DNA of 64,000 bases from an uncultured bacterium (GCA_963722385.1 CAVRKK010000002.1:352001-416000); one strand, 5' to 3'; shown: positions 30,664-40,766, counted from the first letter of the stretch. The notes: a model not told the origin generated them from the sequence alone. Numbers and translations: made by a program.

Positions 30664-31693
30664 TTTCGAGAGGAAGCAGAGGGTTTGTGCTCACGGCCGC
30701 CAAAAATGGGTGCATGAATTTTGTGGTGCGAGGCAGGAAGCCGCGGCTTTCGATGCACATCTCAATTGGCCCGGCAAGCTTAAATGAGCGATCAGATGGC
30801 AAAATTATAAGCATATGTCCTTGCTTTCGAGCCCATTCTTGGAGGTTACTGATAGCGACACTGACAGCCGGGGAAGCCCTGTAGAGAGTAGGCATGATAA
30901 TAGTGCAGGAGTGGGACGTTGCTAAGAGCTGGCGAGCTAGGTCGTATGAGCTCGCTGTTGGTTTGAGCAGAATCAATAGATCGAGAGCAGTCGAGCCAAG
31001 CTGCTGCCTAAGCGCTGCAAAAAAGCGATTGCCGAGCTTTTTGACCCCCGATCGGCCATTCACCCCTTGGTCTATGCCGACGATTTTGTTATTAAACCTC
31101 ACCAAGATGAGCGGAATATTTTTTTGTGGCTTGGCCTGCGCGTAAGCGGGTGTACACCAGAGACGGACAAAGAAGCACGAAACTGCTATGAAAAGGAGAA
31201 TATACGCACACCGCACCGGCATAGGTACCGCCGTTTTGTAATGGAAAAACATACAGATTGCAATACCCAGGATGCTTAATATACAATAAGAGGGCTGCGC
31301 GACCTCGAACATAAAACATGGACTCACGTACGAGGTTGTGAAACACCAGAAATTGACGACCTGTTCTATCAACCATGCGAGCGGGCCAAGAGGGAGATGA
31401 AAAAGTTGAGCAATAACCATGCATGATGCAAGGAAAAGAAATATGAGCAAGAAAGGAGCAAAAATAATATTGCCAAAGATACCAAGGAGCGGCAAAGGCA
31501 TGCCCCAAGCCAACATGAGAGGCAATGAGCACGCCATTAAAGCACAATGGATATGGGCAGTACGCCAAAACCCATGCAAAAAACGTGAAAAAATTGAGCG
31601 ACGAGCAGCTGCTTCCATAAAAATCAGCCTCGATACATATTCCGTTTCCGTGTGATAGGGTACGTGTTTTATAAAATTAAGGCAATTTTTCAT
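30593..31693 (-). CDS. ComEC/Rec2-like membrane protein (C-terminal half with degenerate MBL-like domain); start uncertain
   Basis: LPLMLAWGMPLPLLGIFGNIIFAPF resembles ComEC membrane segment; multiple TM helices. Confidence 0.55.
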   Translation of the reverse strand: MKNCLNFIKHVPYHTETEYVSRLIFMEAAARRSIFSRFLHGFWRTAHIHCALMACSLPLMLAWGMPLPLLGIFGNIIFAPFLLIFLFLASCMVIAQLFHLPLGPLAWLIEQVVNFWCFTTSYVSPCFMFEVAQPSYCILSILGIAICMFFHYKTAVPMPVRCAYILLFIAVSCFFVRLWCTPAYAQAKPQKNIPLILVRFNNKIVGIDQGVNGRSGVKKLGNRFFAALRQQLGSTALDLLILLKPTASSYDLARQLLATSHSCTIIMPTLYRASPAVSVAISNLQEWARKQGHMLIILPSDRSFKLAGPIEMCIESRGFLPRTTKFMHPFLAAVSTNPLLPLEITPVITRRERALLQRQLTPRVNR

Positions 31694-31781
31694 CTTGAAT
31701 TTTTAAAAACTGTTGAGTTTTGGTAATTTTTTATAATATATTAAATATATAATGATATTTTGACACAAAAAAGGAGGACCT

Positions 31782-32093
31782 ATGAAAAAGAGTATAATTT
31801 TATTAGTGAGCATCTTCTTGGGCTTCACAGGCCATTGCTTGGCCAATGGCAACGTACCGGGAGCACCTAAGGCAACCAACCATGAGCTCGCTAAAGTTAT
31901 GCCGCCAGCACCTGCACCCCTTACTCCGGCGCCTGTCAAAAATGCTGAAATCAGTGAGGAATCATTGACCAAGGCGCTTGAAGAGGCACTTGAAGAACCA
32001 GATGTCACCGTTGAAGAGATTGATGTTATTGATGATATGGATGCCGATGATGACGAAGACGGCGACGATGATGATGATGAGGACTTTGATTAA
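31782..32093 (+). CDS. Small secreted protein with Pro/Ala linker and Asp-rich tail
   Basis: AGGAGG RBS, signal peptide. Confidence 0.8.
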   Translation: MKKSIILLVSIFLGFTGHCLANGNVPGAPKATNHELAKVMPPAPAPLTPAPVKNAEISEESLTKALEEALEEPDVTVEEIDVIDDMDADDDEDGDDDDDEDFD

Positions 32094-32119
32094 AAAGCAT
32101 ATAGTTCTCAAATTTTGGT

Positions 32120-32148
32120 AAATAGGGCGCTTTGTGGGCGCCCTATTT
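32120..32148. terminator. Intrinsic terminator; insertion target of group IIC intron fragment
   Basis: AAATAGGGCGC/GCGCCCTATTT. Confidence 0.8.
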
Positions 32149-32154
32149 CTATAT

Positions 32155-32324
32155 GTGTGCTGGGCCTTAGCGCGCAAGAGAGTCCACCGCGAGGCGGGAA
32201 TCTGAAGGAAGCGTAAGACAAATTTTGAACCTGAAGAACAGAAGCTCGATATAAGGCCGGAGCAGTAGGGCAATCTGGCCATAGACACAAATGCCAATGC
32301 TGCATGGATACTTGCCAAATCTGG
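32155..32324 (+). mobile_element. Group IIC intron 5' fragment (part of domain I), ORF-less and internally deleted
   Basis: Starts GTGTGC; contains TTAGC..CGCAAG..GTCC..GGAATCTGAAGGAAGCG..CAAA..CTGAAGAACA..ATATAAGGC..TGCCAAA, matching class C intron domain I as I recall it; lies 6 nt after a terminator stem. Confidence 0.8.
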
Positions 32325-32334
32325 AAAGCGCCCC

Positions 32335-33621
32335 CTACTCGATTCTCCCCGTTATTGTACGGTATTTGTTAAAGAGTGACTTTGAAGTGATCATAAGGTA
32401 GTCATCGGTAACAACATTTTCGTTGCCTAAAAGAACGTGCCGGGGCTTTATGAGATTGAAATATTTTTTTCGCAGATGATCTTTCGTGTAGGCGTTGGCC
32501 CAGGTTCGCGCTTGTTGCGCTTTTTTAAGATATACATCGTAATTATCATATACGTCGCGCAACGCCTTGCTTGCTTCTTCGACTGAGCAATCAAAACCGT
32601 GGCCCCGTTTATTGCCAAATATGTCGTAGGGAAGGTTAACTATAAAGGGGGAAGAAACTGGCCGCGTAAAGTCTGTTTGGCAGATTGTTTTATGTGCCGT
32701 ATTATCCGACAAAATAACCGGAATCCCTGCCGCCAAAGCTTCCCGTGGGGGTATTGAAAACCCTTCACCCTGGCTTAACGTGACGTAACAATCAATCGAG
32801 TCCATCAGCGTATAATAGTCTGCTGATGAAAGAATATTAAAGGTTATCTGAATATTGGTCGCGTTTAATTTTTGTATGGTATCGAGTATTGCTTGCGCTA
32901 CTCTTTTATCTGAGAATCTTGCGTTAATGCGCAGTTTAACGTCAGGGGAGTTGCCAAAGGCATGATAAAAAGCCTCAATGAGCTTTATATGATTTTTTCT
33001 GACGTCGATTGCACACGTATTACCAAATACAAAGGGGTAATGTGGCTCTGCCCTTGGCTCCCTATTTAAAAAATTTTCTAGGTAAAGCCCAAGAGGAATC
33101 ACAAAAATTGGTATCGTTACCCCTGCTGCTTTATAAGGCTCAAGCATCCATATATCAGGTACAACAACGGCATCAAAGTATTTATTAAGAATAGCAGGAA
33201 GCCTGTCAGGTACAACAGGTGATTCCATCATGGATGAAGCAATTTTGATCAGGCTCGATGAGGGTACTTTTTTATGCACATTGCGGCGCGGATTAACCAA
33301 TATATCGGTGAAGAAAGATACCGTGCCTGGCCTTATGTCTTGATTGAGAGCTACTTTTGCTACAGCTTCGGGAACATCAAAAAAAGATGACCTGATCGTC
33401 GTTTCATCAGGCGCAATCCAATTAATACGCAGATCGTCTTTAAGGCAATCGATAAGCCAAATAGGTTGCCTACCAAGGCCATCATATGACATCAAAAAGC
33501 CAATTAGCGTCAAGTCATACGGCGATTTTGATCCCGCTAAATCTTTCCGATAAGAAAAAAAGAGAAGAGCTCCGAGGGCTGTGCAGCAGGCTATAATAAG
33601 TAACAAACGGATAAGGCGCAT
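32335..33621 (-). CDS. Glycosyltransferase, GT4-like, N-terminal membrane anchor
   Basis: RKNH and SQGEGFSIPPREALAAGIPVI motifs. Confidence 0.88.
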   Translation of the reverse strand: MRLIRLLLIIACCTALGALLFFSYRKDLAGSKSPYDLTLIGFLMSYDGLGRQPIWLIDCLKDDLRINWIAPDETTIRSSFFDVPEAVAKVALNQDIRPGTVSFFTDILVNPRRNVHKKVPSSSLIKIASSMMESPVVPDRLPAILNKYFDAVVVPDIWMLEPYKAAGVTIPIFVIPLGLYLENFLNREPRAEPHYPFVFGNTCAIDVRKNHIKLIEAFYHAFGNSPDVKLRINARFSDKRVAQAILDTIQKLNATNIQITFNILSSADYYTLMDSIDCYVTLSQGEGFSIPPREALAAGIPVILSDNTAHKTICQTDFTRPVSSPFIVNLPYDIFGNKRGHGFDCSVEEASKALRDVYDNYDVYLKKAQQARTWANAYTKDHLRKKYFNLIKPRHVLLGNENVVTDDYLMITSKSLFNKYRTITGRIE

Positions 33622-33820
33622 GGGTTCCCTTTTTATAAACCGGCATGCTATAATACTCAGCTTCTGAAAAGCTTATGCTGATTACTAATCTTATACCAAG
33701 TCTCTTGATCAAAACGCAATCAAATGCTCGCCCATTTTTCGCCATGGGGCCAATTTGACTTATTTTTTTAAAAGATACTATAATATCCAATATAACCAGT
33801 TTTCAATTATAATGGACACC

Positions 33821-34035
33821 ATGGTAGCCGTATTATTTCTCGCAACTCCTCATGAAATAGCAAATCACCTTGCGCATAAGGCACGGGCCAAGCGGCTTTC
33901 ATTAAATTTAAGCCAGAAGGCTTTAGCGAAGGCAAAAATCCCACGCTTTCTCATCTTCTCCAGCTAGCTGAAATTGGTGGAATCAAAAAGCAAAAAGCCA
34001 TAGACACCATTGATGAAGTTAAAAATGCAATCTCG
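33821..34035 (+). pseudogene. Collapsed hipB-like/hipA-like operon remnant
   Basis: XRE-HTH start (ARAKRLSLNLSQKALA) joined out of frame at about 33928 to EGKNPTLSHLLQLAEIGGIKKQKAIDTIDEVKNAIS (HipA-like C-terminus). Confidence 0.6.
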
Positions 34036-34089
34036 CTTATAAAGATAAATTATTATGTTGGTATCAAAGAAAGCAGAGTTAGCGCTCAT
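33964..34089 (-). pseudogene. Truncated PIN/VapC toxin (only N-terminal ~17 aa homologous)
   Basis: MSANSAFFDTNIIIYLY overlapping the antitoxin stop. Confidence 0.65.
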
Positions 34090-34285
34090 TCGCCTCATCT
34101 CGATTGAATTTAATTTTTTTAGTATCAACTCTCAGAGCGTTAAATTCAACTTTTGATTTTTTAGCCTTCTCTGATTTTCCAACCACTATAATTACCTGAA
34201 CATGGTGGGTCATTGATTTAAGATATTGTTGGGGAATTTTTATGATACCTTTCTCGGTAGCTGCTTCAAATGCTATTATTTCCAT
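34079..34285 (-). CDS. Putative antitoxin of the PIN-type TA pair
   Basis: 68 aa ending KFNRDEANER, overlaps PIN start; AAGGAG RBS. Confidence 0.65.
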   Translation of the reverse strand: MEIIAFEAATEKGIIKIPQQYLKSMTHHVQVIIVVGKSEKAKKSKVEFNALRVDTKKIKFNRDEANER

Positions 34286-34376
34286 AGAGCTCCTTTGTTA
34301 GTTGCCTCTGTTATCAGCTTATTTCATGAGTCATTTATTCTCAACAAAGAAACATAAAGCAGCCCAGAAATTTTCA

Positions 34377-34856
34377 CTATCCAATTTTAAGCAGCTCAAC
34401 ATCAAAGATAAGTGTTGCATTAGGAGGTATGAGCGCTCCAGCGCCTCGAGCGCCATATCCTAACTGAGCAGGAATAATGAGTCGGCGCTTTTCGCCGGGT
34501 TTCATCAACATTACCCCCTCATCCCAACCTCTAATTACCTGCCCCATGCCGATTATGAAAGAAAAGAGCTGCCCTCTATCAACGCTACTATCGAATTTTA
34601 TGCCAGGTTGCCCGTTATCGCTCAACCAACCAGTATAATGCACGGTGACGAGCTGCCCTTTTTGAGGCGTAGCGCCCGCACCATCGCGGATAATTTCATA
34701 CTCTAAGCCCGAATCTGTTTTCCCACAAATCACTGTCGTACCCTTTGTAGCCATTGGTTTGTTATCTTTTCTGCTGCTTGTTGAATTGCACCCCGTTAAT
34801 ATCATAAGTGACGCTGTCGTTAACAATAAGCCAACTTTCAAAAAAGCTGCCTTCAT
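34377..34856 (-). CDS. FKBP-type peptidyl-prolyl isomerase lipoprotein (Mip-like catalytic domain)
   Basis: VHYTGWL, FDSS, VIRGWDEG, IPPNATLIFDVEL; lipobox LTGC. Confidence 0.93.
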   Translation of the reverse strand: MKAAFLKVGLLLTTASLMILTGCNSTSSRKDNKPMATKGTTVICGKTDSGLEYEIIRDGAGATPQKGQLVTVHYTGWLSDNGQPGIKFDSSVDRGQLFSFIIGMGQVIRGWDEGVMLMKPGEKRRLIIPAQLGYGARGAGALIPPNATLIFDVELLKIG

Positions 34857-34928
34857 AGGCGTTCCTCCCTGCGCAGTATTGTGCCTATGTAGAATAAAAG
34901 AAATTTTACATCACGTCCAGAGCACTTT

Positions 34929-35308
34929 TTACGTTAGTGATTTGAGAGATTCTCTTGCTTGTCCTAAACCTAAGCTTGATCCTAAAGGACTAAGCAGACT
35001 TTTATAAATCGACGGATATGCTGATATTATATCTAATTTAGTTTTACCATGAGATGGCGACAACTGCCCATTTGTACGTATTAAAGTGATAAGATTTACA
35101 AGGTCTCCCGCCACATAACCAAGAGCAAAGGCTGATCTGGCAGCTTCGGGCTGCTGATCAAAATTACGTATAAATGTGCTTTGTTCCATATCCTTGAGCA
35201 TATTTTCAAAAGCACGTTCTTCGATGGATGATTCAAGAGATACTGGTGCTTGTGCAGCGATTTTAGTTATCATTACCATAGCCATACATAAAAAAATCTA
35301 TATATCAT
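34929..35308 (-). CDS. Hypothetical secreted protein; likely true start at 35308 separated by a T7 frameshift
   Basis: GAGAGG RBS + ATG at 35308; one extra T restores MIYRFFLCMAMVMITKIAAQ. Confidence 0.45.
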
Positions 35309-35645
35309 AATGCCTCTCTTTTTTTAATTACTATTGCGATTATTAGCATACCGGATATTTACTAAAAAAATCAACGATATTATAACTTTCCAGCGAACAC
35401 CTACGCGCTACAGCCCCATCAAGTGGCTCCGCTTATCAATATATTCTATCTCGACTATATTTTGTCTATGTAGAGGCGATCTTTGTTCGTCCCCTTGAGC
35501 AGCAGGCGATGAACCAAGACCTTATCTTGGATGAGGATGGCGTATCTGAGAGCTTTCAGGTTGAGGCGGCTTAACCAGCCCTATTGGCCAAAGCTCTGAA
35601 TTAACTCTTGCCATCCGTATAAATTTTTACCTTATTAGTATCATA

Positions 35646-35700
35646 AGCTATGAAGTAAACACTGAAATAGGTTGACTTCATAGCTCTTCAGTGTTAATTT
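35646..35700 (+). promoter_or_regulatory. Inverted-repeat operator overlapping putative promoter
   Basis: AGCTATGAAGTAAAC/GTTGACTTCATAGCT (14/15) covering TTGACT -35; TAATTT 17 nt later. Confidence 0.5.
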
Positions 35701-35748
35701 CATAGTGTCTATTCCTCGAAAAGCAAGCATTATTAGGTTCAAAGCTCT

Positions 35749-37107
35749 ATGATGATAGAAGAAATACTGAGAAATAATGAAGGAAAAACGTTAGAATTTA
35801 AACAAAATCTTCAATCACTAAAAGGTATTGTAAAAACCGTTGTGGCTTTTGCAAACACAGCTGGAGGCATGATTGTTATAGGGGTTGAAGACAAAACCAA
35901 GAAACTTATTGGTGTTACCAATCCGCTTCTTGAAGAAGAGAAACTAGCTAACACCATCAGCGCCTCGGTATGCCCATTGTTAGTTCCTGATATAGGTATT
36001 CATACCTATCGTAATAAAGAACTTATTGTTATTAACGTTCCTCATTCTGCAGGGCCTTATTATATAAAATCTGAGGGGCCTGAAAAGGGCGTTTACATTA
36101 GGTTTGGCTCAACAAATAGGATTGTTGACGATGAAATGCTGCAAATGTTACGAAATTTTGCGAAAAATAGGTACTTTGATGAAACGCCTTATATAGAAGG
36201 AGAAGTATCCGACCTTGATTGGGACGCTATTAATGATTCTTTTCATCAAGTACATAAAAAAGTTACGATGCCAATTGCTGAAAGTTTAGGCTTAGTGGTA
36301 AAAAATGGCAGTACAGAACTACCTAGCTATGGAGGTATACTTTTATTTGGTAAAGATCGGCTCACATTATTCCCAGAAGCAATAATCCGTTGCGCTCGCT
36401 TTTTAGGAAATACAAGAGTTCAATTCTTAGACGCCGCCGACTTTAAGAATTATTTAGCCAGTGCTATGGAAGATTCTATAAAATTTATCCAAAGAAATAC
36501 TCACTTAAGGTTTAAAATAAAAACGCTAAAGCGAGAAGATATTCCACAATACCCCCTTGTTGCTCTGCGCGAGTCGGTTTTGAACGCTATCGTACATTCG
36601 GATTATGCAGCGAAGGGCATCTATATATCAATTGCTATTTTTGATGACCGCATTGAGATAACCAACCCTGGAGCCCTTCCCTTAGGGCTTACCTTAGAAA
36701 AAGCTCTCGCTGGCTCATCGCGTATTCGTAATCGTGTTATTGCGAAAGTTTTTCATCACCTTAAATTAATTGAGCAATGGGGTACTGGCCTGCAAAAAAT
36801 AATAGAAGCTTGCCGTCAATATGGCCTTAAAGAACCGCTATTTGAAGAAATGGGAAATCAATTTAGAGTAACTTTATACGCAACGAAGAGACCCGTGATT
36901 GCCCTTTCTGATTGGCAAAAAGCAATAATTGCTTATCTCAAGAAAAAAGAAAAAATTAGTACCCAAGAAGCAGCAATATTCTGGAAGGTAACAACTCGTA
37001 CTGCTCGATTACGGCTTATAGAACTGATTCAATTAGGTATTGTTATAAAAAGAGGAACTTCCGAGAAAGATCCCAGAAGCACTTATACACTATCATCAGA
37101 TAGTTGA
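35749..37107 (+). CDS. AlbA_2 (Schlafen-like) + HATPase_c_4 + HTH protein
   Basis: EGKTLEFK, AFANTAGG..IGVED, RESVLNAIVHSDY, IEITNPG, EQWGTG. Confidence 0.88.
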   Translation: MMIEEILRNNEGKTLEFKQNLQSLKGIVKTVVAFANTAGGMIVIGVEDKTKKLIGVTNPLLEEEKLANTISASVCPLLVPDIGIHTYRNKELIVINVPHSAGPYYIKSEGPEKGVYIRFGSTNRIVDDEMLQMLRNFAKNRYFDETPYIEGEVSDLDWDAINDSFHQVHKKVTMPIAESLGLVVKNGSTELPSYGGILLFGKDRLTLFPEAIIRCARFLGNTRVQFLDAADFKNYLASAMEDSIKFIQRNTHLRFKIKTLKREDIPQYPLVALRESVLNAIVHSDYAAKGIYISIAIFDDRIEITNPGALPLGLTLEKALAGSSRIRNRVIAKVFHHLKLIEQWGTGLQKIIEACRQYGLKEPLFEEMGNQFRVTLYATKRPVIALSDWQKAIIAYLKKKEKISTQEAAIFWKVTTRTARLRLIELIQLGIVIKRGTSEKDPRSTYTLSSDS

Positions 37108-37165
37108 TATGGCTTCAAAACGATAGATTTAGCTGTTCTCGCAGTTTTAAAGTCTGCAGCTCGGC

Positions 37166-37199
37166 GCAGGTGGGCCGGGATAAATCCCGGCCCACCTGC
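37166..37199. terminator. Bidirectional terminator
   Basis: 16-bp perfect stem GCAGGTGGGCCGGGAT/ATCCCGGCCCACCTGC. Confidence 0.8.
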
Positions 37200-37205
37200 T
37201 TATTT

Positions 37206-37613
37206 TTATAATTCAGGGAAAAAGAACTTTAGTTCTTTTTTTGCTGTCTCAGGCGCATCCGAGCCATGCACCGCATTGCTGCCAATATTTGTGCCAAACA
37301 TTCTCCGGATGGTACCCGGAGCTGCTTTCAATGGATCAGTAGCACCCATAAGGTCGCGCCATTCGCGAATCGCGTTATCCTTTTCCAAAGCCATTACGAT
37401 GATGGGGCCTGAGATCGTATAGGCAACAAGCTCGCCAAAGAAAGGCTTGCCATGATGAACATTATAGAACTCTTCGGCCTTCTCGGCACTGAGGCGCGTT
37501 TTGTACATGCGTACGATTTTGAAGCCATTAAGCTCAATGAGCGCAATAATATCCCCAGACCTGAGTGAGGCAATAGCATCGGGCTTAATAAAAGCACACG
37601 TTAATTCTAGCAT
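37206..37613 (-). CDS. ndk: Nucleoside-diphosphate kinase
   Basis: IKPDA, GTIR, NAVHGSD; AAGGAG before ATG 37613. Confidence 0.96.
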   Translation of the reverse strand: MLELTCAFIKPDAIASLRSGDIIALIELNGFKIVRMYKTRLSAEKAEEFYNVHHGKPFFGELVAYTISGPIIVMALEKDNAIREWRDLMGATDPLKAAPGTIRRMFGTNIGSNAVHGSDAPETAKKELKFFFPEL

Positions 37614-37623
37614 GAATCGCTCC

Positions 37624-39426
37624 TTATTCTGGCTTTTGTTCTTGCTGACGTGCAGCGTGCTTTTCGAGCTCAATCTGCAACTGAGACTTCGGCTTGCTGG
37701 TAGGAGCAACGCTTTCTTCTTTACGCGGTTGCCGCTCACGAACCTCCTTGTGGGAAATGCGTGCTTCTCGCCTGCTTTCTTCGGATCCTTCAGGACGCAG
37801 ACTTAGACCAACTTTATGCTCCTCTTGATTGACCTTTGCCACTCTAAAGGTCGCCTGCTGACCAACCTTAAGCAGCTCGTCAACTTTAGCTGAACGTTCA
37901 CCAGGTATCTCAGAAATGTGAATAAAGCCCTCTATACCCGTTGGCAGTCTCACAAAAGCGCCAGAATCAGTAATACGCGTAACTTCACCCTCGACAGATG
38001 AACCGACCGGGTACTTCTGCTCTATTTGCTCCCAAGGATTGCCGCTCAAGTGCTTAATGCTCAGCGAGATCTTTTTCTTGGCCTTATTGATATCAGTGAT
38101 AATAACATCTACGTCTTGACCCTTGGTGTAAAGATCTGCCGGGTTTTTAATGTGCTCCGTCCAGGAAATATCAGAAATATGCACTAACCCATCAACACCA
38201 GGAATAATCTGTACAAACAGACCAAAGTCGGTAATATTGGTGATCTTGCCCGTCAGTTTTTGGCCAACTGCAAATTGCTCGGTAATGGTATCCCAAGGAT
38301 TCTTTTCAAGCTGCTTGATGCTTAAGGACATACGCCGGTTATCTTTATCCAAAGAGACAACCACCGCTTCAATTTCTTGACCAACCTTGAAATGCTTGTG
38401 AAGATCGGCGATTCGATCACTCCACGAAATCTCAGAAATATGGACAAGCCCTTCAACACCCTTGGCAACCTCAACAAACAGCCCGTAATCGGTAATGCTT
38501 GAAATAGTACCCTTGATCTTCGAGCCAACAGAAACTGATGCACTCACTGTCTCCCAAGGATTAGCTTCAAGCTGCTTGAGGCCAAGCGAAATCTTTTCAT
38601 TAACTTTATCAAACGACAAGACCTTAACCGTAACCGTATCCCCTATGCGCAAAAGCTCACTTGGATGGGAAATGCGGCCCCAGGTCATATCGGTAATATG
38701 AAGCAGCCCGTCAACACCGCCAATATCGATAAAGGCACCGTAATTGGTGATATTTTTGACCATGCCCTGAATAACTTGGCCAACTTCAAGCGACTCAAGT
38801 ATCTTTTTGCGAACTTCAGAGCGCTGCTCATTTAAGTATTTGCGGCGCGAGATAATAACGTTGCCTCGCCGAGGATTAACTTTAAGAATGTAGGCCATAA
38901 TGGTTTGACCAATATAATGATCAAAATCATTGACCCGCTGAATATCAACTTGTGACCCTGGTAAAAAGGCAGGGACACCAATATCCACGCTCAAGCCGCC
39001 CTTGACCTTGTGAAGAACAACGCCCTCAACAGGCTTGTTTTCGTTATAGAGCTTCATGAGCGCTTCCCAAGCCCTCAGCGCTTTAGCTTTTTGATAAGAA
39101 ATCAATATATTGCCATCGGCACCTTCAAACTCGTCCAGCATTACATCAATATGCGCTGTTGGAGAAAGCCTTTTGAGCTCATGCTCGCTAAATTCATGAA
39201 GAGGAATAAGGCCTTCGGACTTGAAATTGATATCTATCAAGACGCCATCAGAGCTTATAGATAGCACGGTACCCGTGATAATACTGCCTTTCTTGTAGGG
39301 ACTAAACGTTCCATCGTACAGCTGAGCAAGCGCTTGTTCTTCTTCCTTGCTCATCCGATAGTCTTCTTCATCCCAGATGTGCTCAACTTTAGCAAAAAGC
39401 TGAGGTTTAAGTAGTTCTTTTGCCAT
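37624..39426 (-). CDS. rpsA: 30S ribosomal protein S1
   Basis: Six S1 domains (VKGGL, NITNYGAFID, DGLLHITDMTW). Confidence 0.97.
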   Translation of the reverse strand: MAKELLKPQLFAKVEHIWDEEDYRMSKEEEQALAQLYDGTFSPYKKGSIITGTVLSISSDGVLIDINFKSEGLIPLHEFSEHELKRLSPTAHIDVMLDEFEGADGNILISYQKAKALRAWEALMKLYNENKPVEGVVLHKVKGGLSVDIGVPAFLPGSQVDIQRVNDFDHYIGQTIMAYILKVNPRRGNVIISRRKYLNEQRSEVRKKILESLEVGQVIQGMVKNITNYGAFIDIGGVDGLLHITDMTWGRISHPSELLRIGDTVTVKVLSFDKVNEKISLGLKQLEANPWETVSASVSVGSKIKGTISSITDYGLFVEVAKGVEGLVHISEISWSDRIADLHKHFKVGQEIEAVVVSLDKDNRRMSLSIKQLEKNPWDTITEQFAVGQKLTGKITNITDFGLFVQIIPGVDGLVHISDISWTEHIKNPADLYTKGQDVDVIITDINKAKKKISLSIKHLSGNPWEQIEQKYPVGSSVEGEVTRITDSGAFVRLPTGIEGFIHISEIPGERSAKVDELLKVGQQATFRVAKVNQEEHKVGLSLRPEGSEESRREARISHKEVRERQPRKEESVAPTSKPKSQLQIELEKHAARQQEQKPE

Positions 39427-39590
39427 TTATTACTCCTATACTAATACTTAAAAGAGCGCTGTGGCTTTATCAATCGCTCTCTTATTCAATCTTTCTTATA
39501 ATAACATACATCCAGATCTTTGCCAAATGGGGCTAGACGTTGGCACGCAATTCTGCTAATAATTACAGTAATAGTCTGTATGAGAAAATT

Positions 39591-40766
39591 ATGATGTTAA
39601 AGCATTATTTTGCGTATATCACCCTACTTTACCTTATGCCTGGCTGGGCTTCAGGAGAAGCACGGCCTACGCTCACGGTATTTGTGCATGGCACCGTCGG
39701 CTGGTATCTTGCCGCCCTCAGTCCATCGTGGTTCTCACATGGCAACATTCAAGATGACATGTACTATTACCATGCAGCGCGGGAAGTCCGTAAAGATACG
39801 CACCTTTTTGAGCATCATCTTATGCTTGATGAGGGCTTCGTCGAAATTCCAGAAACTCTTATTGACGCCGCGCGCGAGGGAACGTTAACGCGTGAACAAG
39901 AGCGCCGTGGCAGCTATTTTATTATCTCAGCATATGATGCCATCGCAGAAAAAGTCGGCCTCAAGAACCCTGGTGACCGCTATGCTCTTTTTGGCTGGTC
40001 AGGACTTAACGCCCAAAGCGAGCGGCAGCAAGCAGGGCATCAGCTTTACGACAGCTTGTGCAGCTGGCGCGATGATTATAAGCGACAATATAACGTGACG
40101 CCACATATTAATATCATTGCCTATAGCCATGGGGGTGGAGTTGCCCTCTTTTTGGCGCATGCTGAGAAAAAACATCGTAAAGGCTTGCACATTAACTTAT
40201 TGGCACTCTTTGGCACGCCGCTCCAAGTTGAAACCCAACACTTTCTCATCGATGATATGTTCAAGTCTATTATTTTACTGAGATCAACCGGCGATTCTAT
40301 TCAGACCTTGGACAGCTTTTCTACGGTTATTGGTGAAAGCTTTTCACGTATGCGTTACCTGATCAATCTTGGGTTGCTCAAAACACGTAAGCCCTTACTC
40401 TACCGAGCTGATATTGAGCTTGATATTAATAATAATGGCGACATTATAGACCATTTTAATCTCTTTACCATGGATCATTCACCGCTTCATGCCCAAATCG
40501 ATCCGTTGCCATTGGTTGTTCTCGCGCCCGCAATTATACAAGGGCTCTTGGAACATCAGGTATACAGTGCGGTAAGAGCACGCATTGTATGCGCTGATAA
40601 CTTGGTGCACATCCGCCTGAAGAGCGGCCATGCCTATGATGCACTACCTATCTATGAATCGGACAATCTCCATGAAACCATAAAGCATCATCGGCGCCTC
40701 GTGCACCATTATTGGTGGCCAATCAAAAAGCAAAAGCAGGGATTCTGGAAAGAAATTTCTGCTTAA
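39591..40766 (+). CDS. Secreted alpha/beta-hydrolase-fold protein
   Basis: VFVHGT, FGWSG, AYSHGG nucleophile elbow. Confidence 0.75.
   Translation: MMLKHYFAYITLLYLMPGWASGEARPTLTVFVHGTVGWYLAALSPSWFSHGNIQDDMYYYHAAREVRKDTHLFEHHLMLDEGFVEIPETLIDAAREGTLTREQERRGSYFIISAYDAIAEKVGLKNPGDRYALFGWSGLNAQSERQQAGHQLYDSLCSWRDDYKRQYNVTPHINIIAYSHGGGVALFLAHAEKKHRKGLHINLLALFGTPLQVETQHFLIDDMFKSIILLRSTGDSIQTLDSFSTVIGESFSRMRYLINLGLLKTRKPLLYRADIELDINNNGDIIDHFNLFTMDHSPLHAQIDPLPLVVLAPAIIQGLLEHQVYSAVRARIVCADNLVHIRLKSGHAYDALPIYESDNLHETIKHHRRLVHHYWWPIKKQKQGFWKEISA

Noticed and set aside
31962..32318. Minus-strand ORFs, or a 6S RNA, in this interval
   Set aside because: Better explained by the terminator plus group IIC intron fragment on the plus strand
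35387..35574. Start-less frame ending ...FQVEAA*, considered as a tmRNA tag or ncRNA
   Set aside because: No tRNA-like ends or recognisable tmRNA features; probably a gene remnant I cannot assign
37614..37739. N-terminal extension of ndk in the ORF track
   Set aside because: Overlaps rpsA; the RBS supports a start at 37613
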